Assembly (NCBI GenBank): GCA_047601445.1
Contig: JASGJH010000001.1
Coordinates: forward strand, 8,640,001 to 8,704,000
Source: Myxococcales bacterium
GTDB lineage: Bacteria; Myxococcota_A; Polyangia; Polyangiales; DASUME01
DNA: 64,000 bases
Direction: 5' to 3'
The translations under genes were made by a program, and so were the position numbers. The first letter of the stretch is position 1, and every line of letters starts with the position of its first letter. The notes below the pieces were generated by a model. It searched no databases. It was given only the letters and a program-made list of their open reading frames with translations, and was not told the DNA's origin. Shown here piece by piece: positions 10,281-22,240 of this stretch.

Positions 10281-11250
10281 ATGGATATCCCGGAGCTCCA
10301 CGCCGATCGTTTACGCGCCTTTCTCGCCGTCGCTCGCGAGGGCGGCTTCTCGCGTGCCGCGCGCGCGCTCGGGCGCACCCAATCCTCCTTGAGTCAGGCC
10401 GTGCGGGCGCTGGAGCTCGAGCTCGGTGAGACCCTGTTCGTGCGCGACGCCCGCGACATCGAGCTCACCGAGGCCGGCCAAATTCTGCGCGAGCACGCCG
10501 AGCGCGCCTTTCAGGAGAATCGCACGCGCGCGGGACGCCTTGTTGTCGCTGCGCAAGCTCACCCGAGGCACCTTGCGCGTCGGCACCAGTGACACGCTGG
10601 CGACCTACGTGTTGCCGGCGGTGTTCGCGGCCTTTCGCGCGCGCTACCCGGCGGTGGAGCTGCGCCTCCACAACCGCACCTCGCCAGCGGTGGCTGCTCA
10701 GGTCGCCGAACGCTCGGTGGACCTTGGCGTACTCTCGCTGCCCCTGCCCGACGATCTCAAGCTCGCGGGGCAACCGGCGCACGAGCTGGTGCGGCTCGAG
10801 GTGCTGGCCTCGCAGGAAGACGTCCTGATCTGTCCGCCCAACCATCCACTCGCGGGGCGCCGCACCGTGAGCCTGGCGTCCCTGGCGGGCGAACCGATGG
10901 TGATGCTGGATCGCAGCACCGCCAGCCGCGCCGTGTTCGACGCGGGCATGAGCGCGCTGGCGGCGCGCCCCCAGGTCGTGATGGAGATGAGCAGCGTCGA
11001 GGTGCTCAAGCGTCTAGTGGAGCTGGGCTTTGGGCTCTCGGTGGTGCCGGCCTTCGCCGCGCGCCGCGAGACGGCGCAAGGCAGCCTGCGCGCCATCCGC
11101 CTCAAGGGCTTGCCCGCGCGCCAAATCGGCCTCGCGACGCCCACGGTCGGGCCGCTCTCGCACGCCGCGCGGGCCTTCGTGGAGGTGCTCCGCGCGGAGC
11201 TCGAGAGCCTTCCACTCTCTAGGAGCGATTCGGCTGCAGCACGGCGCTGA
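10281..11250 (+). pseudogene. LysR-family regulator with a +1 frameshift at 10518-10519 (pseudogene or sequencing error)
   Basis: HTH ([17 protein letters not shown]) in one frame and effector domain (GTLRVGTS..LVELGFGLSVVP) in the next; removing one A from GAGAATC gives ERAFQEIARARD and a 322-aa ORF. Confidence 0.85.
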
Positions 11251-11678
11251 CCGCTTCGAGTAGATCCGGCGGGCGAAACGGCTTGGGCAACACCAGAATC
11301 GGGCCGCTCTTCGGAGCGCTCCGCTAGCTCGACCGCGTTCACGTACCCGGTCATCAACACGATGCGCGTCTCGGGCGAGAGCTTGCGCAGTTCACGGATC
11401 AGCGCGAAGCCATCCATCTCGGGCATTGCCAGGTCGGTCACCACCACGTCGATGGGCACCACGCGCGAGCGCACGAAGCCCAGCGCGGCGCGCCCGTCTT
11501 CGGCGGAGTGGGCATCGTAGCCCGCCTCTTCCAAGACGTGCTGGGCCAGGTGGCGGATGACCGGAGTGTCGTCGACCAGGAGCACGCTCGCGAGCCGGCG
11601 CTTCGGTGTGTCACGCTCGGCACCCTCCTGCGCTGCTTCCGCTGCGTTTGGGGAGGTTTCTGTCGGGTCGAGTGACAT
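11219..11678 (-). pseudogene. Single-domain response regulator (REC) with a +1 frameshift at 11297-11298
   Basis: VLLVDD, VVTDLAMPEMDG and LMTG present; the missing LPKPF..DLLEAV end lies in the adjacent frame, ending at TAG 11219-11221. Confidence 0.8.
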
Positions 11679-11714
11679 CGCTCAGAAAGTGTACACGCTG
11701 GTAACGGTCGAGGC

Positions 11715-13076
<1,362 letters not shown>

Positions 13077-14696
13077 TGACTCCATGAGATGATCTCGCCT
13101 TGCTGTCTCGTCGAGGGCCGTTGGGCACTGCGTGGACTCGGGCAGGGCTCAGCGGCGATAGCGCGTAGGGCGCGCGGATTTCGCGCTCGAGGAGCCGAGC
13201 CAACAAGGCCGGAACGAGCGCATCAGCACCGAACCGCTCGAGCAAACGAGCGGCTAGATCCTGGGTTTCGCGGCTGGTTTCTACTTCGCCGCCAAGTTCT
13301 TCAAACAGACGCTCTTCGCGCGCACGGGCCACTTGGGCCGGGGTCGGCGCAGGCAATAGCTCCGCAAAGATGCCGGCACCGCGCAGCAACGACTCCGCGT
13401 AGCGGTGGGCCGTGGTGGGGACCAGCATGATGCTCAAGCCCTTGCGACCCGCGCGTCCGGTGCGACCGCTGCGGTGGGTCAACGTCTCCGGGGACTCGGG
13501 GAGCTCGGCGTGGATGACCCGCACCACCTCCGGCACGTCGATGCCGCGCGAGGCCACGTCGGTGCAAACCAGCGTGGTGATCGCGCCGCGGCGGAAAGCT
13601 TCCAGGGTGCGCGTGCGCTCGGCCTGGGCCATTTCGCCGCTCAAGCCACCGGCCCGGAAGCCATCGTCGCACAGGCGCGAGGCCACCTCGGTGACGTCGG
13701 CGCGCGTGCGCACGAAGATCAGCGTGCGGTCATCCGGGTTGAGCAGGAGCACGTTCACGAGCGCGAAGTAGCGCTCGCGCGGGAGCACCGCGTAGGCCAC
13801 GTGCGTGATGTCGGAGTGCGCTTCGTCGGGCGCGCTGCCGGTGACCAACACCGCGTCCCTCTTCTGGAAGCGAGAGGCCAGGCTCTGCACGGAGCGCGGG
13901 AAGGTGGCGCTCACCAGGTGGCGCCGACAATCCTCGGACAGCGCGCTCAGCAGGGTTTCGAGTGCTTCCCGGAAGCCAAGGTCCAGCATCTGGTCGGCCT
14001 CGTCGAGCACGATGGCCTCGGCGGCCCCGAGGTCGAGTGCGCCGCGCGACATGTGATCGCACAAACGTCCGGGGGTGCCCACGACAACGGTCGGGCTCTG
14101 GGCGAGCGCACGGCGCTCGAGCCCCACGCTGGTGCCTCCCGTAACGACGCACACGCGCACCCGCAGGCCAGCGTAGAGCCATTCGAGCTCCTTGCCGATC
14201 TGGGCAGCAAGTTCGCGGGTGGGCGCCACCAGCAGCATGCGTGGCTTGGCGCACAACGAGGCGGCTGCGCCGTTGCCGGCGGGCACGTGGTCGGCGAGCT
14301 TCTGCCCGAGCACCAGCCCGAGCGCCACCGTCTTACCGGAGCCGGTGCGCGAGGAGATGCGGAGGTCACGCCCAGCGAGATCAGGCGACAACACGGCCTC
14401 CTGAATCGGGGTCAGGCTCGTGAAACCGCGCTGCGTGAGCGCGCTGGCGAGGCCCTGGGGAAGGGCGGAAAAGGCGTCGGCGACCATAAAAAGTGCGGGA
14501 GACTGACAGACGAGGCCCCCGAAGTCGAGGCCCCGAGCGCGCTTCGTCCCAAGTAGGTAGGGCGAGCACGGTCTTCACCCGCCGCTCTTCACCAGCGCAA
14601 ACGTGCGGCCCGCAGGCGGGACGTGCCGCGTCGTGCGAAACATGCACGGAGCACGTTGCCCTGTCCTGCCTCCGCCCGGCAACGCGCCGAGGGAGC

Positions 14697-14984
14697 TCAG
14701 TTCTCGCGCTCCTTGAGCTGCTCCCGCACTCGCGCGTAGCCGTTGCGAAGCTCTTCCACCAGGACCTTGGCGGCGCTCGAAATGTCCTTCAAGGGTTGCT
14801 CGGCGCCGTTTCGGGTCTGTTGCACCTGCTCTTGCACGCGCTGCCAGGTGGATTCCAGCTTGGCCCATTCGCTCTTGGCGTCGGCCTTGGCCAGGTGTAC
14901 CTGGAGTTTCAGCTCGTCGCGCGCTTTCTCCAGCAATTCGAGGTCCTTCTGCCAGGTGTCTCGCATCTCTTGCGTTGGGCGCAT
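14697..14984 (-). CDS. Small helical/coiled-coil hypothetical protein
   Basis: GGAGG RBS; RDELKLQVHLAKADAKSEW amphipathic pattern. Confidence 0.75.
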   Translation of the reverse strand: MRPTQEMRDTWQKDLELLEKARDELKLQVHLAKADAKSEWAKLESTWQRVQEQVQQTRNGAEQPLKDISSAAKVLVEELRNGYARVREQLKEREN

Positions 14985-15068
14985 CGCTTTCCTCCCGTTG
15001 TGCTCGGACTTCGCCGGGTCGGAAGGTAGGCTCTGCGCGCGGCCTCGAAAGCGCCCGGCTCGAATCCG

Positions 15069-15860
15069 TTAGCGACGCTTGGCCTTGCGGCTGCGGCTGC
15101 CGATCTTGGCCAGCTCGCCGGACTCCACCAGCTTGCGCATGCCGCGCTCCATCTCCCGCCCGAAGATGAGGCGTACGGCCTCGATGCCGGTGGGCCGCAG
15201 GGCCTGGAGCAGCTTGACCGGCTCGCGGATTTCGATGTGGCCATCCCCGGCGCGCTTCACGAACAGGCTCACGAGATCCGCCACGGCGCGCCCGATGTGC
15301 TTGCGAACCAGCTCACCAGCGAGCACGGCGGTCTCCAGGTCGATGCCCACGCCGTCGAGCTTCATGATGACCTGCAGCAGAGCTGGGCTCGCCACCAGGT
15401 AGACCTCACCGCGCCGCTCCACGACCTCCGCGCGCACCAGGTCCGCGATCAGCCCTGGCCGCTCACTGCCCAGGAACTCCACCAGTTCTGCTTCGCTCAT
15501 GGTGCGGGCGTGGTCGTTGACCCAGGGGGTCTGGACCTGTTGCTCGATCCCGAGCAGCTCCGGCAGGTCGAGCTCGCCGCGGTCGATGCTGGTGACCACG
15601 TCGCGGATCGCGTCCATGCGCAGGCCCCGGTCCTGGAGCCGCGCGATCAACTTGAGGCGCTCGATGTGAGCCGCCCCGTAATAGGCCACGCGACCGCGCA
15701 GCTCGGGGGCCATCAAAGCTCCGCGCGACTGATAGAAGCGGATGGTCCGGCTGGGGACCCGCGCCGCCGCGGCAAGTTCGTCGATGGTGTATTCGGGGGC
15801 CTTGGGGTCGCTCGGTTCGCCTGCTGCCATGGACACAGGGGAGGGTAGCGCGATAGCCAT
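15069..15860 (-). CDS. MerR-family transcriptional regulator (start 15860 or 15830)
   Basis: YTIDELAAAARVPSRTIRFYQSRGAL..LKLIARLQDRGL MerR HTH. Confidence 0.88.
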   Translation of the reverse strand: MAIALPSPVSMAAGEPSDPKAPEYTIDELAAAARVPSRTIRFYQSRGALMAPELRGRVAYYGAAHIERLKLIARLQDRGLRMDAIRDVVTSIDRGELDLPELLGIEQQVQTPWVNDHARTMSEAELVEFLGSERPGLIADLVRAEVVERRGEVYLVASPALLQVIMKLDGVGIDLETAVLAGELVRKHIGRAVADLVSLFVKRAGDGHIEIREPVKLLQALRPTGIEAVRLIFGREMERGMRKLVESGELAKIGSRSRKAKRR

Positions 15861-15897
15861 GTCTCTCACAAAGGGACTCCTACGTCTTGATGGTGCA

Positions 15898-15926
15898 GTA
15901 ATAACTGTAACAGTGTTTGGTGTCAA
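15898..15926 (-). promoter_or_regulatory. sigma70 promoter of the MerR gene with a palindromic operator in the spacer
   Basis: Minus strand TTGACA-N17-TATTAC; dyad ACTGT-A-ACAGT at 15904-15914. Confidence 0.65.
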
Positions 15927-16031
15927 GGTTGTTGGCTGGACCAGACACGCGTTCTCTCCTTTTCAGGGGCCCGACCATCCAGCATGTTCGCGCCCGGAGC
16001 GCGCCCCAGCGGGGCCCGGAGGCAGGTTTTC

Positions 16032-16802
16032 ATGAGTGGCATTCCTTCGTTTGATCTGGCCGGCAAAGTGGCCATCGTGACTGGCGCGAGCCGAGGCATC
16101 GGCGCCTCCATCGCCAAGGCACTGGCCGCTCACAACGCCCACGTGGTGCTCTCCAGCCGCAAGCCCGAGGGCTGCGACGCCGTGGCTGCGGAGATCCGGG
16201 CGGCGGGTGGCTCGGCCGAGGTCGTCGCCTGTCACATCGGCGATCTCGAGGCCATCGAGAACCTGCTGCAGACGGTGGAGACCAGGCACGGGAAGATCGA
16301 CATTCTGGTCAACAACGCCGCGGCCAACCCGCATTTCGGCCCCATCTGGGAGACTGATGTCGGCGCGTTCCAGAAGACGATCGACGTGAACATCCGGGGC
16401 TACTTCTTCATCTCGCAGGGCGCGGTCAAGCGCATGGCCAAGCAGAAGTCCGGCGTGATCGTCAACGTGGCCTCCATCAACGGCTTCATCCCGGGCCCGC
16501 TGCAGGGCATCTACTCGATCACCAAGGCCGCCATCCTCTCGATGACCAAAGCCTTCGCTCGCGAGTGCGCCCCGCTCGGAATCCGCGTGAACGCGTTGGC
16601 CCCCGGTGCCACCGACACCAAGTTCGCCTCGGCGCTGGTGAAGAACGACGCCATCCGCAACAAGATGCTGGAGCACGTCCCGATGAACCGCGTGGCCGAG
16701 CCCGACGAGATGGCCGGTGCGGTGCTGTACCTGGTATCGCCCGCCGCCAGCTACACCACGGGCGCCTGTCTCACCGTCGACGGCGGCTACCTGGTTGCTT
16801 GA
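16032..16802 (+). CDS. SDR-family oxidoreductase
   Basis: TGASRGIG, NNAA, YSITK, RVNALAPG. Confidence 0.92.
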   Translation: MSGIPSFDLAGKVAIVTGASRGIGASIAKALAAHNAHVVLSSRKPEGCDAVAAEIRAAGGSAEVVACHIGDLEAIENLLQTVETRHGKIDILVNNAAANPHFGPIWETDVGAFQKTIDVNIRGYFFISQGAVKRMAKQKSGVIVNVASINGFIPGPLQGIYSITKAAILSMTKAFARECAPLGIRVNALAPGATDTKFASALVKNDAIRNKMLEHVPMNRVAEPDEMAGAVLYLVSPAASYTTGACLTVDGGYLVA

Positions 16803-16804
16803 CC

Positions 16805-17875
16805 ATGACGCTACTCGACGAGCCACGGCAGATCCGCGAGGGAGAAGAGCTCGATGAGCTCAAGTTGGACGCTTATCTCAAGGGGCTCAGCCTGGGCCTC
16901 GAGGGAGCGCTGGAAGTTGCTCAGTACCCGGGTGGCGCCTCCAACCTGACCTACCTACTGCGCTATCCGGGCCGACATCTGGTGCTGCGGCGACCGCCCT
17001 TCGGACACAAGGCCAAGGGAGCCCACGACATGCTGCGCGAGGCCCGCTTGATGGCCCAGCTGCGCCCCGTGTACCCCTACGTGCCGCACGTGCTGGCCAT
17101 CTGCGCCGACAGCGAGCTGCTCGGTTCGGAGTTCTACGTGATGGAGCGCTTGGTCGGCGTGATCCCACGCCGTGACATGCCCGCCGAGCTCGCGCTCGAT
17201 GAGGCGCGCACGCGGGCGCTGTGCCTGGAGATGCTCGATCGGCTGATCGAGCTGCATCGAGTGGACTATCGAGCGGCCGGGCTCGCCGGGCTGGGGAAGG
17301 GCGAGGGCTACGTGGGCCGTCAGGTCGCGGGCTGGACCGACCGCTTCGCCCGCGCCCGCACGGCGGACGTGCCCGATTTCGTGCGCGTGATGGACTGGCT
17401 GCGCGAACACATGCCGCCGCGGGACGTGGCCACCTGCCTGATTCACAACGACTACCGCTTCGACAACACGGTGTTGTCCGTGCCCGAGGCGCAGGCCGGC
17501 GCGCTGCGTGTGATCGGCGTGCTCGACTGGGAGATGGCCACGCTCGGGGATCCGCTGATGGACCTGGGCGGCACGCTGGCCTACTGGGTTCAGGCCGACG
17601 ACCCCGCGTGGCGCCTGGACGCGCGCCTCCAGCCCACCCACTTGCCGGGGATGCTCAAGCGCAGCGAGGTCATGGACTACTACGCCTCGCGCACCGGATT
17701 CGCGGTGGAGAATTTCGGTTTTTACGAGGTTTTTGGCCATTTTAGGCTCGCGGCGATCCTGCAGCAGATCTACTTCCGTTACTTCCACAAGCAGACCGAC
17801 AACCCGGCCTTTGCGGACTTTGGCCAGCGGGTCACGAACCTGCACCAGGAGTGCCTGCGCTTGATGGGCAGCTGA
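16805..17875 (+). CDS. APH-family phosphotransferase (ACAD10/11 kinase-domain-like)
   Basis: GGASNLTY, VLRRPP, HNDYRFDN, LDWEMATLGDPL; 2-bp gap after the SDR gene. Confidence 0.88.
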   Translation: MTLLDEPRQIREGEELDELKLDAYLKGLSLGLEGALEVAQYPGGASNLTYLLRYPGRHLVLRRPPFGHKAKGAHDMLREARLMAQLRPVYPYVPHVLAICADSELLGSEFYVMERLVGVIPRRDMPAELALDEARTRALCLEMLDRLIELHRVDYRAAGLAGLGKGEGYVGRQVAGWTDRFARARTADVPDFVRVMDWLREHMPPRDVATCLIHNDYRFDNTVLSVPEAQAGALRVIGVLDWEMATLGDPLMDLGGTLAYWVQADDPAWRLDARLQPTHLPGMLKRSEVMDYYASRTGFAVENFGFYEVFGHFRLAAILQQIYFRYFHKQTDNPAFADFGQRVTNLHQECLRLMGS

Positions 17876-17940
17876 GGCGCTTTGGCAGCCTCGACAATCA
17901 TTCGCTTCGAGGGCCTCCACGTAGAATACTCCTAGGGCCC

Positions 17941-20900
17941 ATGGCGCTGATTTCCCGCATGTTTCCCGCACCTGGCGAGCATCTTCTGCGTTTCGTGGGA
18001 GACCGCCTGCGGGTCACACTCGACGTGCACCAGGGCATCCCACCCAAGGCGCGCGCGTTCTTGCGCACGAACCTCACGCGCGCCCATGAAGCGCGGCGTG
18101 AAGTGATCGCCGAGTCCGGCCTGCGCTCGGAAGACTCGCTCACCTTTGCGGGCGCATCGTGGCGCGACATTCCGCTCCGGCAGCAAGGCGAGACGCGCTT
18201 CGTCATCGACCTGCCGCTGCTGGAGGTCGGGCAGTTTCGCTGCAAGGCGTACTGGGTGGACGAGGCGCTGCGGCAGTTTTGGCCCGAGGGTGGCGATGTG
18301 GGCATTACCGTGCACCCGGACCATCTCCGCACGGGCAACCTGATCTACTGCGCCTTCCCGCGCGCCTTTGCGCGAGGCGATGGCGCGAGCACGCCGGCCA
18401 GCCTCCAGTCCGCCATCGAGCAGCTCGATCAGCGCGGCTTCACCGTGATTCCGCCCTCCGGAACTCTGCGCAACCTGACCCGCGAACTGCCGCACATTTT
18501 CGATACCCTGGGCTGTCGCATCCTGCATTTGTTGCCCGTTGGGCCGGTGCCCACCACCTACGCGCGCATGGGACGCTTCGGCAGCCCCTATGCCCAGCTG
18601 GATCTCACGGGCATCGATCCCGCGCTCGTGGAGTTCGACAAGAAGACCACCGCGGTGGACCAGTTTCGCGAGCTGACCGACGCGGTGCATCTGCGTGATG
18701 GGCTCGTGATCCTCGACATCGTGCTCAACCACACGGGCTGGGGCTCCACCTTGCTCGACAATCACTCCCAGTGGTTCCAGCGCGACGCCTCCGGGGAGTT
18801 CCACAGTCCCGGTGCTTGGGGCAACACCTGGGCCGATCTGGTCGAGCTCGACCAAAAGCACCCCGAGCTGTGGGACGTGCTGGCGGATGCCCTGTTGGTG
18901 TGGTGTCGACGCGGGGTGGACGGCTTCCGCTGCGACGCCGGCTACATGGTGCCGCTGCCGGCCTGGCAATACATCGTGGCGCGCGTGCGCGACGAGTTCC
19001 CCGAATGCGTGTTCTTGCTCGAGGGACTCGGTGGGGCCTGGGCGGCCACCGAGGCGCTCTTGACGCGCGGCGGAATGCAATGGGCCTACTCCGAATTGTT
19101 CCAGTGCTATGAGCCCGTGCACGTCGCGCACTACCTGGATCATGCGCTCGCTCAGAGTGAGCGCATCGGCGTGCTGACCCACTACAGCGAGACCCACGAC
19201 AACGATCGCCTCGCCAAAAAGGGCCCGGTCTGGTCCTTGATGCGCAACCGCTTGAGCGCGCTGGCCAGCCACTGTGGTTCCTTCGGCTTCACGTGCGGCG
19301 TCGAGTGGTTGAGCACGCAGAAGATCGACGTCCACGAGGGACACTCGCTTTCATGGGGCCAGACACCCAATTTGGTGCAGGAGCTGAGGCGCTTGAACGC
19401 GCTGTTGCGGGAGCATCCTTGCTTCTTCGATGGCGCCAGCGTGCGGCGGGTGAGCGCCGAAGAATCGCCTGTGCTGGCGTTGCAGCGCACCTCGAGTGAG
19501 GGCAGCGATGCCTGCCTGGTGCTGGTGAATCTGGACGCCGAACGTGATCAGGCGCTGGTGCTCGAGGGCAATGTCTGGAAGCAGGGCGGCGAGAAGCACT
19601 GCGACCTATTGGGGCAGACGCCTCCGGCTCCGGAGTGGCTTGCGGAGGGGCGGGTGCGGCTCTCGCTGCAGGCCGGTCAGTCGTTCTGTCTGTCTTCTCA
19701 TGCGTCGCCGCGCGGGCTGTCCGGCGATCACTACCGCACGCGTCGCGCGCAGGCGGCCTGGGCATACACGCAGCTTGGTACACGCTGGCCCCACGAGGCC
19801 CTCGGCCCGGCCGACTTCATCGCGCTCGGTGGCCTGGCCGCCGAGGATCCAGAGGCATTCCTGGCCGCCACGTTCGCGCTGGACGCGTCAGCGGCCGGCA
19901 AAGACTTGCTCGCGGCCCTCGAGCAGGCGCGTCGTGCCGTGGCCTATCGTCCGGTGATCCAGGTGCGCGTCGAGGACGCACGCCGCATCACCCTGGTGCC
20001 GCCCGAACATTGGCTCCTGGTGCGCGACGCGCAGCCCTTCGAGATCGAGCTCGCCGAGCCTTCCGGCATGCTGCATCTGCGCTCGGTGGCGATGGACGAA
20101 GGGCACGTGGTGGCGGTGCCGCCCCGCGATGGCGCCTCGGAGCGTGACGTGTCGCTGCGCATCGATCGCTTCGGTGAGCTCGGACCGTCGATCGAGACGC
20201 GCCTGCGCAGGCTCGCGCACGACCCCGCCTACCGCCGCAGTGCGCGGGAGGGCCTGGTGCTCCTGACCAACGGGCGCGGCGCCATGGCGCGCATGCACGC
20301 CGACTTCGGCGCCAGCTTGAGCAAGTACGACTGCTTGCTCGGCGCCAACCTCGACCCGCAGGTGCCCACCGAGCGCTGGGTGCTGGTCAAGCGCGCGCGC
20401 GCCTGGGTGAACGCGGACGGCTTCATCACCGCGCTCGACGCACAAAACCTCAGCAGTCTCGAGGCCGGCACCCCAGCCACGTGGACCTTCTTGGCCAACG
20501 CGGGGGCTGGACGTCGCGTGGGCATCCGCGTGACCGCCGAATTCGCGGGCGAGACCAACTGCGTGCTCCTGCGGCTCGAGCGCTTCACGTCCGCGGCAGG
20601 TGAGCTGCCTCGCGAGGCGCGCGTGCACGTGACTTTGCGCTTCGATCTCGAAGATCGCTCCATGCACGGAGAGACCGTGGCCAACCCGGAGCTCGAGGCG
20701 CACTTCGCGCGCAGCACGTCGCTGCTCGCGTCCGGGCAGGGCTTTGCATTCAAGCCGGCGCCCGAGCGAGAGGTGCGCGTGTCCGCCACGGCAGGCAGCT
20801 ATCACGCGGGCATCGAGTGGACCTACGGCATCGTGCACGCGGTGGAAGAGAACCGCGGCATGGCCGCGCGTGGAGACGCCTACAGCCCCGGTTGGTTCGA

Positions 20901-22230
20901 GATCCCCCTCACTAGCGGCAGCGCCGTGACGCTGCGCGTGGATGCCGAGCCAGGGGGCGTGGAGGTCGACTCGGAGCGGCTTCCTGCTCCGACTGTGTCC
21001 GACGACGACCGTCGCGTGACCCATCCGTTCGAAGAGGCTTTGCGTGAAGCTGCGCGCGCCTTCGTGGTGCGGCGCGGCACGGGCAAGACCGTGATCGCCG
21101 GCTATCCGTGGTTTCTGGACTGGGGCCGCGACACGCTGATCGCAGCGCGTGGGCTGTTGCGCGCCGGCTACATCGACGACGTGCGCGAGATTCTGCTCAC
21201 GTTCGCCGAGTTCGAGCGCGCGGGCACGCTACCCAATTACCTGGCCGGCGCGGGCGAAGGCAGCCGCGAGACTTCGGACGCGCCGATGTGGTTCGGACTG
21301 GCGTGTGAAGAGCTCGCCAGCATCGTGGGCCAAGACGTGTACCAGGCCAAGACGGACAGTGGTCGTACGCTCGGCGCCGTCCTGAGCTCCATGGCGGAGG
21401 GTTACCTGCGCGGCACCTCCAATGGCGTGCACGTCGACCTCGAGTCCGGCCTGGTCTGGAGTCCACCGCACTTCACCTGGATGGACACCAACTATCCCGC
21501 GGCGACCCCGCGTGAGGGCTATCCCATCGAGCTCAGCGTGATGTTCGCGCGTCTGTTGCGGCAGGTGGGGCGCATCGACGCCGAAAAGCGTGCGCCCTTC
21601 GAGCTGATGGCGGTGCGCACCGAAGCATCCCTGGCCAGCTTTTATCGCCCTGAGCTCGGCTTCTGTTCGGACACGCTGCATGCTGCCTCGGGCACTCCCG
21701 CACGCGCTGCGCGCCCGGACGATCACCTGCGACCCAACCAGTTGATCGCGGTCAGCCTCGGCGTGCTCAAGGGCGCGCAGGCACGCAGCATCGTGCAAGC
21801 GGTCGAACGCTATCTGCTCGTACCCGGCGCGCTGCGCAGCCTGGCTCCGCTTCCAGTCAGCTTCGCCTTGCCCGTACGCAGCCACGAAGGACGCTCCCTC
21901 AACGACGCCGCCAATCCCTACTGGGGCCACTACGAAGGCGACGAAGACACGCGACGCAAGCCCGCCTACCACAACGGTACCGCCTGGGGCTGGTGGCTGC
22001 CCACCTACTGCGAGGCGCTCGCGCTTGCCTACGACATGGAACCACGCGCGGTCGACGCAGCGCGCGCCGTGCTCGGTTCCACCGCGCGCCTGTTGAGCGA
22101 GGGCTGCCTCGGTCAGCTCCCCGAGATCCTCGACGGCGACGCACCCCACACGCAGCGCGGCTGCGACGCGCAAGCCTGGAGCGCCACCGAAGCGCTCCGT
22201 GTGTGGCTAATGCTGGAGAGCGCGCGGTAG
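17941..22230 (+). CDS. Bifunctional glycogen debranching enzyme (GH13 glucanotransferase-like plus amylo-alpha-1,6-glucosidase)
   Basis: N-terminal DIVLNHT, GFRCDAG, ETHDN; C-terminal AGYPWFLDWGRDT, TWMD, RPNQL, YHNGTAW, LPEI. Confidence 0.88.
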   Translation: MALISRMFPAPGEHLLRFVGDRLRVTLDVHQGIPPKARAFLRTNLTRAHEARREVIAESGLRSEDSLTFAGASWRDIPLRQQGETRFVIDLPLLEVGQFRCKAYWVDEALRQFWPEGGDVGITVHPDHLRTGNLIYCAFPRAFARGDGASTPASLQSAIEQLDQRGFTVIPPSGTLRNLTRELPHIFDTLGCRILHLLPVGPVPTTYARMGRFGSPYAQLDLTGIDPALVEFDKKTTAVDQFRELTDAVHLRDGLVILDIVLNHTGWGSTLLDNHSQWFQRDASGEFHSPGAWGNTWADLVELDQKHPELWDVLADALLVWCRRGVDGFRCDAGYMVPLPAWQYIVARVRDEFPECVFLLEGLGGAWAATEALLTRGGMQWAYSELFQCYEPVHVAHYLDHALAQSERIGVLTHYSETHDNDRLAKKGPVWSLMRNRLSALASHCGSFGFTCGVEWLSTQKIDVHEGHSLSWGQTPNLVQELRRLNALLREHPCFFDGASVRRVSAEESPVLALQRTSSEGSDACLVLVNLDAERDQALVLEGNVWKQGGEKHCDLLGQTPPAPEWLAEGRVRLSLQAGQSFCLSSHASPRGLSGDHYRTRRAQAAWAYTQLGTRWPHEALGPADFIALGGLAAEDPEAFLAATFALDASAAGKDLLAALEQARRAVAYRPVIQVRVEDARRITLVPPEHWLLVRDAQPFEIELAEPSGMLHLRSVAMDEGHVVAVPPRDGASERDVSLRIDRFGELGPSIETRLRRLAHDPAYRRSAREGLVLLTNGRGAMARMHADFGASLSKYDCLLGANLDPQVPTERWVLVKRARAWVNADGFITALDAQNLSSLEAGTPATWTFLANAGAGRRVGIRVTAEFAGETNCVLLRLERFTSAAGELPREARVHVTLRFDLEDRSMHGETVANPELEAHFARSTSLLASGQGFAFKPAPEREVRVSATAGSYHAGIEWTYGIVHAVEENRGMAARGDAYSPGWFEIPLTSGSAVTLRVDAEPGGVEVDSERLPAPTVSDDDRRVTHPFEEALREAARAFVVRRGTGKTVIAGYPWFLDWGRDTLIAARGLLRAGYIDDVREILLTFAEFERAGTLPNYLAGAGEGSRETSDAPMWFGLACEELASIVGQDVYQAKTDSGRTLGAVLSSMAEGYLRGTSNGVHVDLESGLVWSPPHFTWMDTNYPAATPREGYPIELSVMFARLLRQVGRIDAEKRAPFELMAVRTEASLASFYRPELGFCSDTLHAASGTPARAARPDDHLRPNQLIAVSLGVLKGAQARSIVQAVERYLLVPGALRSLAPLPVSFALPVRSHEGRSLNDAANPYWGHYEGDEDTRRKPAYHNGTAWGWWLPTYCEALALAYDMEPRAVDAARAVLGSTARLLSEGCLGQLPEILDGDAPHTQRGCDAQAWSATEALRVWLMLESAR

Positions 22231-22240
22231 GCGTCGCGAA

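Noticed and set aside
10698..11218. Long C-terminal extension of the 326-aa minus-strand REC ORF
   Set aside because: It results from the frameshift at 11297-11298 and is antisense to the LysR gene
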